A stretch of 63,773 bases of DNA, the filler included, from Hausera hauseri (lineage: Eukaryota): the NCBI GenBank assembly GCA_046269625.1. It is 11 parts of 11 records of this genome, joined end to end, with 100 filler letters (N's around TTAATTAATTAA, not from the genome) between each part and the next. Parts side by side here need not be neighbours in the genome. Positions count along the whole stretch, not along the records: positions 48,105 to 63,773 come from JBJURY010399922.1; 10 more parts are not named here. One strand, 5' to 3'. The position numbers were made by a program, and so were the translations under genes. Within the stretch, counting starts at the first letter, position 1. Every line of letters starts with the position of its first letter. The notes beneath the pieces were generated by a model. The model had not been told where the DNA came from and searched no databases. It saw nothing but the letters and a program-made list of their open reading frames with translations. Shown piece by piece: positions 54,661 through 63,773 of the stretch.

Positions 54661-55357
54661 TAGTAAAACTAATGCAATTAAAAACGAAAACTTTGAAGTA
54701 ATTTACGGTGTCCGTAGAGACACGGGTATGATCATCGAGATACAGGATTTACGACGTTTTTTAAAAGTCCAACCCTTTACTACAGACTTTAAAGTCTTAG
54801 TGGCCAGAAACGAGTATGAACACAAGTTACGACTATTAGAAGTTTATCACTGTCTGTGCGAACCAGAAACAGAATATGAACGTTTTATTGCCCGCCATGG
54901 CTTACTGATATGACACGAAAAAAGAACATTCCTAAGGCAAGCAACGGGTCAGACGAAACAGAAAATCCTGAGATACCGAAATAGGTAGATATAGATGTAG
55001 AAACCGAGTATACTATAAAAACGGTAATCACGGAGACAGAGGCCGACAAAAAAGAAGAATTTCTGGAACCGCTTATACTTAAAATTACCAAGGATAGAGG
55101 CCGTAGTCCATCATTGAGACGAAAATGCAAGGACCGATCGAGATCCCCAATGATAAGGGAAAAGTCAAGCACAAAGAGAGAAGCCGAGATCGCGCTAGAA
55201 AGCGACACAGAATGCGTCTTGAACATTCCGGAAATTGATCTAGTTACGCCAAGCGAAAAAAGGAGCTAACAAAATATATAAATGAAATAAACGAAGTATG
55301 TCCTCTACCCACTAGCGAAAAGGAAACAGAACAATAAGAGAAACTCGATCCTAAGAA

Positions 55358-57499
55358 TTGGAAAGTCAGACGCTCATGGAAAATGCTAATAAATTAAAAA
55401 GAATGAGGACCAACTGTCTAAACCCCGAAGTAGTACAACAGAATATAGAGAAACTTAAAGCAATGAGTGAACAAGTGGATATTTCGGGCAAAGAACAACA
55501 GTTTGTAGAGAGATTATATAAAAAGATAAACCTATATAATGAAGGGAAACTAAGCGAAGCCATAGACTTAGATCAGCCCAAAGAAGTGTCGAAGGGAACT
55601 TTATCTCAGTGGAAACACGAATTAGAACGCTGGAGCAAATGAAAGACAAAATTTCCGGAGACGTGAGATAAAGCTACCCAAGACATTGAAACTAGAGTTA
55701 ACCAAGCACAATCGCTACTAACTACATTAGAAGCCAACCCGAAACTAAAAAGAGTAGCACGTAATTGGAAGCGTATTATGAATGAAATTAGATTTGCGAT
55801 AGCCGAACAACTCAAGGGAAAGCCGGTCAAAGAATGAGATGCAAATGACCTAGAGATGTTGGGCATAGATTCAATAGACATTCCACCCTTGATGGAAATG
55901 ATGAAGGTCGCTTCGACAGCATCAAAGCAATATACAAGTTTGGAAAATCGTATTAGAATTGAAGCCGAAAAACGGTCGCAGATATATGGTTTAAGGAACA
56001 GAATTATGCACAACGGTAACGAGGAAACACATAAAATAATTATGGCTTGCATCCTCGAGTTTGATGAATACAAAGATGAGTTTGACTATGCCTACCGGAT
56101 CGTAGATTTTATTAAAGGCCCAGATGATGAGCTAGAAGATGCTCGTAACATGTTAAGCAAAGCAATATTGGCAAAGCCAGAAATCGCCAATCAGTTGAAT
56201 GAATGGTCCAAAGTAATAAGAAGGTTGAGTGCATTAATAAAGAATCGAAGAAGCGAATTCCCGGAAAGTGAACCTACAGTGAAGAAGCGTCTAAAAGAAG
56301 ATGCCCGAAATCTAGATACAATGAACGCAGAAATTGACATCCAAACCCAATTTGAGGCATTACGCCAATTGAACTTCATGGAAAAGAAACAAGAACTAAC
56401 GATACTAGATGATATCTATAAAATGATCGAGGAAACAAATTTCATGAGGAAACGGAATGCGACTTGCGATTTCTGTCCGCGATTGAGAGACGTCCGCTTA
56501 AAAGGGATACGATATTTGACGACTAAGCCTATCAAGGAAATCTCGATTCAAGATCTTAAAACTTTGGACTTTTGTCCCGAATATCGGTCTGTCGTCAAAG
56601 AAACGGTGCAGTTCTTGCATCACTCACAAAGATGGGCGGACGGAACAGATCAAAGGCATCATACTGAACTAATTAAAATAAAAAACGACCATCACCTCAG
56701 TTTCGAAGAGATCAAATTTGTAAAAAAATTATTAGATGCGATAGACCCAGATTCACTATTGATAGCAGAAATGGCAGAGATTAGTGACGAGAAGCTAAGA
56801 CAATTGCTGCAACAAATACAACAAGTTGAAGAAACTTGCATTAAGACGAAACAGACAGCAATGAGATTAGAGGAGTTAACTAGAGAACTCGAAGGCTATA
56901 AAAACAAGTACGCTCTTACAGAAGCAGAAAAAGCCGACAAGTCACAATTCGTGCAAAGGTGGCAAAAAGATGTCACGTCCGAACTGACGAAATATCAAGA
57001 AAAAGGGTTAATTTCACCGAAAGAACTATGTTCGATGTTAACACTGCTCCATCAAACGTCTAATAATGGACATTGTTTCCGAACGACAAAAATAGTTCAG
57101 TTGCTACAGAAACTACAAGAACTCAGAAAAATTACATGGACTGAAAGTGTGGATATGCCAACCGATACACCTTTAAGGGACTATCAACTGCCGAATAACG
57201 AGAATGAAACAGAATGGGAGGCATATTTGGATGCAATGATCGCTGAAAACCCGAAAACTCCCGTACGATTAAGCGAAGCAGAGGTATATTTTTCGGACCA
57301 AAGATTTAATGTGGGAATGCTACTAGACCCAATACAAACTGAGAAAGATTTAATTCAGTTGATCGAAGTAAACCTCACGGAAGTTCAATTAAGACAGTTG
57401 GTCCCTACTCTAACTAAATTAGCTAGCGAAGGTACGATATATAGTACGGTACCAAAACTTTTACTTAAGGAATATGCCAAAATATTGAAAACAAAATGA
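55358..57499 (+). CDS. Large helical/coiled-coil region of unknown function inside the element (547-aa open segment 55856-57499)
   Basis: Long E/K/L-rich ORF colinear with gag, with heptad-like stretches; no recognised motif. Confidence 0.7.
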
Positions 57500-58097
57500 G
57501 AAGAAAGAATTTCAGTAAAGATAGTAGCAGACTGGATGGTCGAGAAAGAACACGAGTTCACTACACACTTTCGTGTAAAAGATGTAATAGAGTGGATAAG
57601 AGATAATGGACCAGGAGTTAAATTACAGACTCTATTTTAGAGGAAGAATATTAGAGGAAACGGAACTGCTAATAGAGGTCGGCATTATTCCAGGTGAAGC
57701 ACACCGGATAGTTGTAACTATCCCTGTCGAAGAAACAAAGGAAGAAGCTATAAGAAAAGCTAAACAGAAACAGTGCGTAGGACGAATCATAGGAGTTCGA
57801 GATCCCGTAATGTATTTCGAGTACTTGCAGACAGATAGAGATGATGAACAATATGATAAGAATTTAGCACCCATAAACGGTAATGTACCTCCTATAACAA
57901 AACAGAGGCGTCCTGTCGGCAGACCACGGAAGTTACGAGAAGAAGTCGATTATAATGGAGACCTAATCAAAGAGTGGAGGCAAATGTCTATACCAACCTG
58001 CAATGCAAACAATGAGGAACTGAACGAACTTATGAAAAAATTGATACGTATAGTAAACCATTCTAGTTTCAGCAGCGATATATTAGATGAGAAATAG
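57500..58097 (+). CDS. Ubiquitin-like domain (~57509-57725, one frameshift) followed by an AT-hook
   Basis: ISVKIVAD...RVKDVIEWI / YRLYFRGRILEETELLIEVGI resembles ubiquitin [29 protein letters not shown] follows. Confidence 0.65.
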
Positions 58098-58448
58098 AAG
58101 GCCATATTTAATGCCGCCAAGGTTATGAAGAGTCTTCGATGTAAATTATCTAGAAGTACCTTGAGCAACGAAATGATAATCGAGAAAATTATGGTAGAAA
58201 ATACCATAGAAGAATTGAGAAAAGCGATGTTATATCTGGCCATTAAAACTAACCCAAACCGAGAAAACGAATTTAACAAGGCTACTACTTTGGCAAGGAA
58301 GGCTGCCAGGAAAATGCCTCGGGAAGTAAATTGGTCTAAGTTATTCAAAAAAGAAGAAGAACATCCAAGTGGATTTTTCTTCGATAACAATAAATTCGGA
58401 GATCTGTTACGAAACGTAACCGGAAACCGCACAGGAAACGAATCGAAC

Positions 58449-60633
58449 TGGCTAATTAACTTTTTGACCATGATGATGTTAATAAGGCAAATGAGCGCAG
58501 TTACAGTGTATGACTGCGACAAATTTAGACTTGGCCAGAAATACTCATTAATGGATTTAGAAATGTGGGAAGACACGAGACCCCACAAATTAGAAACAAA
58601 AGAAAGGAATTACGTAGAGGCAGGAAGATTAGACATGCACACCGGACACTGTCAAAGTGCAGAATACGATACCGGGAAAGGATTAGAGTCAAATGTCGTA
58701 GTAGTAGACTTTTATGAAACCGAAATGCGCGTACAGAAAGTGATGTTCCATAGTGTTACTAAACTTTATACTGAGAACCATAAATGTCACATTCAAGATG
58801 GCACATGCCCATTTCGAAGTTCCGTAGTAATTTGGGAACCCACAACTAAGTCTGATTGCAACTTTATCAGAATTAAAGAACTAAAATTTAACGAGACAAC
58901 GGGAAAACGGTACGTAAGTAGCACTGAAACTAATTCCAAAACACGAGAAGATGATCGCTGATACTCAGGGGCTTAAGTTTGTTAAGAAAGATGTATTCAC
59001 AAGATGCGATGTTATAATGTATGCTACTAACTATAAAGCATTTTTTGTGGCCGAGACGGAAATAAACGTCCGAACGTTTAAGCTCGAGACTCAAGACATC
59101 CGGATTGAGGATTACCTGAAAAACAGAGATGACTATTTCTATTATAAAGGACAGGCCGGAATAGCTAAATTGTACCACAAAATGATAAAGAATGACTGCA
59201 AGTTAGATTTAGAGGTTATGAGAACTAAGCTAGCCCTGATATATGTTAATCCTGAGTTGGCATCACCAATAATTCCGATGAACGAAGGTGTTTTTGGACG
59301 AGTAACCGGAGAGGTTTTATTGACGTATGAATGCGAAAAGAAAGACGTACCAATTAATGTAGAAGAGAAAAGGTGTATACAAGAGTTTCCAATGATATAC
59401 CAAGACGCACCAAGATTAGTAACCCCAATTACCAGAGTGTTGTTGGCAAATGCCACGCAACCGACAATTTTGAGAGATTGTAAGACTAGCTTAGGAGAGC
59501 CGATGTTCAGACGTAGCGAAACCGACTGGATAAGTTTACCGAATGGCGGTATTATCGCACTTCCTACCAAACTGACAGGAACAAATTTGATAAAAGGAAT
59601 AACCGATGATAAATTTCAAGATACAGCAGCAAAAGGTATTAACCGACAAAAAGAGGTAGAGGCATTTAGACAATTCCTCTCTTTTCCCCGCCAGCGTACA
59701 CATGAATTAAATAGAGCGATGCATACGATACTAGAAGACTCGCGCCACCAGGCGAAATGAGAGTCATTACTCGATGTTGGTTATTACAAGAAGGTAACTA
59801 CAGAAATATTGTACAAAATTTGGGGAAGATTCCTGATATTCGGACAGGCCGCGTCAGGGTTTCTAGCGATATACTTCTTAATTCAACTAGTAAAAGCCAT
59901 AATTCAAGCAATCATAAATGGATACGAGATATTCACCTTGACAGGATTTTCGCGTAAAATTTTAACGGCTATTATTACTCCCTTCGGCAAAGTCCTAAAG
60001 GCTTATGAAGAGGGTAAATGGAAAACAGATGTGAAGAGACATGTTGGCTACTATAACCGAAAGCGGAAAAGACGCATAATTAATTACAAGCAAAAATTCA
60101 TAGATAGTAAGACACGAAGAAATAATTCTGACGATGAGAAGCCTAAGGGAGGAGACGCCATCTCCAGATTGAACCGGCACAAAAATTACTCTATTATGAA
60201 ACTACTATTACCGATATTGCCGACAATGGTACCTATATATGAAGATTGCGAGAAACAATCTATAAGCTTATGCAAGACAGACGTCTATCAGAAACCATTT
60301 AACATAGAGGACCCCTATGAAGGAACAAAACGCTACGGGATATTGCGTAAGATCCGCGAAACAGAGAGAACGTTTATTCCTCATCGTCGCTGGGCAGTCG
60401 ACGATCACGGTGTGATGTATTCACCTAGAGTGCCTAAGCCAAACGAGACGCAAGCATTATTTTCCAGAAGCCGTGAGGTACACAATCTCCAGAACCAAGA
60501 TGTTAGGCTACCAATTCGAAATCAAGGAATGGAAAATACGATGAATACGAATAATGAATTATACCCCATTGGAGAACTAAGGCAATTAATCGAGCAACCA
60601 GTTGGAACCACTGAAGTTACCATAAACGATTAA
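58449..60633 (+). pseudogene. Envelope glycoprotein, chuvirus-G-like (probable class III fusogen), frameshifted
   Basis: Internal signal WLINFLTMMMLIRQMSA followed by VTVYDC; CHIQDGTC..VIW..C; GVFGRVTGEVLLTYEC.......CIQEFP; LVTPITRVL; C...PMF....W; pre-TM and TM IWGRFLIFGQAASGFLAIYFLIQLVKAII. Confidence 0.78.
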
Positions 60634-60636
60634 AAG

Positions 60637-63600
60637 ATGTCCACGGCACGGCGCCCCAAGACAGCACCAAGTTATTACGGTACAATAATCGAAGGTAGGC
60701 CCTTCGCAAAGATTCAATTAGAAGAATGGGAGGTTTACGCGCTAATAGATACAGGATCTGAAATATCACTAATAAAATACGATTCGATACCACAATTTCT
60801 ACGGAAACAACTGTATCCACCTCTTACGACAGACTCAGGAAGCACTGGAGCTTTCGGACAGTCATCGAAAAGTAAATTTCATTGGAAACCAGAAATTCAC
60901 ATAATGGGACAATGCTTCCGTCACGGATTTTTAGTAATGGAGCAATTAGCGGATCATGTAGTATTAGGGTGTGACTTGTTGAGGCAACTATTTAATATAG
61001 CAATCGATTTCAATGCAGACAAGTTAATAAAACTTGGTCCAATAAAAGGAGTTAAAACCACTGAAGACAGGAAATTTGGAGAAGTGCAGATTCCAGTGGA
61101 CGAAACCATACCACCCAGAACAGAAATTTTGATATATGCTCAGATACCTCAGGATGACGATCAGCCAATATATTTTGAACCAAAGGAATCGCTCGATCCA
61201 AACATCGTGCTCAGCAATGTCTTGACAAGATTATCAACAGGCCGCGCGCCAATCAGAATATCGAATAATGCGCCTACTCCAAACCAAACTGTACGCCAAT
61301 ACTACTCTAGGACACACGTGTAGAGTATTATCAATTACCATCGAGGAGAAACCGTATAAAGGCGCTGAGTTTCCGCCCCACGTCGAGACTATATTTTTAC
61401 CGGAATCCTATTGTCGATTCTACGAATTACTCTGCCGTTACAGCTTTATTATCGCTAAAGATAAAGAAGATATTGGCCGAGACAAGACCTTAAGGCTCAC
61501 AATTCCACTTAAAAAAAGCCTAGATCTAACGACGAAATAGACTTAGAGGATCAAAAGATGTCGAAATGGTATCCTCCTCCACACTCGTTACGGCCAGAAA
61601 TAACTAAGGAAGTTGAAGGAATGTTAAAGGCTGACATAATTAGACCAAGCTGTAGATCTTGGTATTCAGGTATCCTCATGGTTAAGAAGAAAGGTGCCAG
61701 TAAGCACAGATTCTGTATCAACTATCGAGCATTAAATACACGTATGATGAAGGACTCTTTTCCGTTACCATCAGTAAAGGAAGCTTTGGACAGACTGTCT
61801 GGAGCCAAATAGTTCACCACGCTTGATTTGCAAACTGGATATTGGCAAGTAGAAATAGAAGAGGAAGATCGTTACAAAACGGCATTTAAGACACATTACG
61901 GCATATATGAATTTAATGTTATGTCTTTTGGGAATCACTACTGGACCAGCCATTTTTACCCTTATGATGAAGAAAATGCTAATGCGACTAGAACACGCAT
62001 TTGCCAATTTGGACGATGTTATGATTGCATCGAAAACGGACGAGGATCATTTAAAGGACATTGAAGATACACTTATGAGACTAGAGCAGGCTGGACTGAA
62101 ACTGAATCCCAAGAAGTGCAAATGGGCTCAAAATGCTGTGTCGTACCTAGGACATACTGTAGGAGAAGGAGGATCAAAACCGGATAGATTACTATTGAGC
62201 AAAATATCGGACTGCATGGAACCTCAGAACCAGAAGGAGTTAAAACACTGGTTAGGGTTATGAAGATGTTATGCGACCTATGTACAAGATAATGCGAAGA
62301 TAAACGCACCTTTATATAGCTTATTAAAAAGGAATTAAATGGATATGGACCGATGTCTAACAAAAGGCTTTTGATGAAATGAAGAAAATTCTAACTAGCG
62401 AACCAGTTTTAAGATATCCTGATTTCAACCTGCCTTTCATAATCAAAACATACGCAAGTAGGGAAGGTATCGGATATGAATTAGCTCAAAAACGCGAAGA
62501 CGAGGAGCTAGAACACCCAAACGCATATGGAGGGTGTTTTCTAAAGAAAGCAGAAAAGAACTATTCTGTTACAGAGTTGGAAACGTTAGCGATGAAAGAA
62601 GCCCTGCGACATTTTAAAGTGTATGTCTATGGACAAAAGATCGTAATCGTTACTGATCATAAGGCAGTTACAACTTTAAAGGGTAGAGCAAATAATCCGA
62701 CCTGTAGACTTAACAGATGGATTGAGGAGATCTCACGTTACAATATTAAATTTCAGTACAAACACGGAAGTAAACATGTCGACGCTGATGCATTATCTAG
62801 ACTTAGAACTAAAACGAGCACCGTTACGATAATGAAGAAGGCTCACCTTGAAGGTCTGGTAGAGAGACAACGGACTCTTGTGTTAGATAAAGCATTAAGG
62901 ATTTCTGTCGAACAAAAGAAGGATAGAGTGATACAACAGATTATTGAGTTCGCGAGCACCGGCAAAATGCCACAAGGCCACCAATTGCGAAAACATCTAA
63001 GAAAATATGGCAACAAATACTGCTTAACGGGAGATTCGAGTCACGAAAATGTGTTATACTATGAGCGAAAAGGACGGAAATTAGTCGTCATGCCGAAAGA
63101 TTACGTACAGAAGTACTCATGGCGGAACATGATTCATACTTAGCCGGATACATGTCGTGGAAAAAGACATTGGAAAGGATATTAAATAAGTATTATTGGC
63201 AATGCATTTATATCGACGTAAGGAATTGGGTGAATACTTACGAAGTATGCGCAACCGAACAGAGAAAGGTGAAGAGTTACATTGCCGAACTTAAGCCCAT
63301 TGACGTGCCCGATAGACCAATGCAAGCAATGTTTATGAATATTGTAGGACCCTTGCATACAACCCACAAGAATGATAAATACATACTGACCTGTGTAGAT
63401 CGATTGACTCATTTCGTTAAACTTATAGCATTATTAGACCAAAAGGCCGAGGCCTTGGCAGAAGCGGTAGTCTGGAAAATCATTTGCAGATACGGGCCAC
63501 CCGAACAAATATTGACAGATCGAGGAAAAAACTTTACGAGCGAATTGTTTGAGAAAATTACCAAGAATTTTGAGATTGAACGATTAACTACCACAGCTTA

Positions 63601-63773
63601 CCATCCCCAATGTAACGGAATGGTCGGGCGGATGAACGTGACCGTTATACGGATCTTATCCACAGTAGTCGCAAAGACCAGAAAGATTGGAATGAATTCT
63701 TAGAAGGCACACAGTTCGCCATTAATACTACTCCACATCCTGCGACAGGATTCACTCCATTTTTTATGATGTA
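60637..63773 (+). pseudogene. pol: aspartic protease, RT, RNase H and integrase (stops and frameshifts)
   Basis: ALIDTGS, RFCINYRALN, LDLQTGYWQ, NLDD, YSVTELETLA, VTDHKA, ADALSR, LTDRG and YHPQCNGMV. Confidence 0.95.

Larger units (their letters stand above)
48105..63773 (+). mobile_element. Large envelope-bearing Ty3/Gypsy LTR retrotransposon, circularly permuted (unit 15,592 bp with one LTR)
   Basis: 77-nt terminal overlap (48105-48181 = 63697-63773) inside integrase; PR-RT-RH-IN order; LTR, PBS and PPT present. Confidence 0.95.

Noticed and set aside
57950-59570. Minus-strand ORFs of 212, 82 and 142 aa inside the large element
   Set aside because: Antisense to well-supported coding sequence and without motifs.
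61100-61330. dUTPase between protease and RT (also 33630-33840)
   Set aside because: Only the degenerate IPP...G spacer common in Gypsy pol is visible; catalytic dUTPase motifs are not recognisable.
63697-63773. 77-nt terminal direct repeat as an LTR or att site
   Set aside because: It lies inside integrase coding sequence and has the same length as the repeat on another contig, consistent with a k=77 assembler overlap.

Overview
The window is 11 unrelated eukaryotic assembly contigs joined by ten artificial 100-nt spacers (N44-TTAATTAATTAA-N44). The DNA is AT-rich with short spliceosomal introns and looks like a small metazoan, possibly a parasite; one contig carries teleost-like repeats. 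Host content: partial USP8, a chimeric and frameshifted RBBP6, an Ig-domain secreted protein, an ORC1 pseudogene and a 31-aa metallothionein-like gene on a contig with a 77-nt terminal overlap. Mobile content: Polinton/Maverick capsid genes, a hAT-like transposon, LINE and Tc1 fragments, and several Ty3/Gypsy remnants. The main result is the last contig (48105-63773), which closes on itself as a 15,592-bp unit and holds an unusually large Ty3/Gypsy element. Its order is LTR-PBS-gag(CCHC)-helical region-ubiquitin-like domain-AT-hook-chuvirus-like fusion glycoprotein-protease-RT-RNaseH-integrase-FN3-like type I membrane protein-(putatively spliced) RING-finger ORF-PPT. The envelope gene lies between gag and protease, separated from its neighbours only by single in-frame stops. 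Related elements at 13642-18078 and 33545-37915 show the 3' cargo belongs to a family. All copies are degenerate, and all family assignments come from motif recognition by eye, not database searches.
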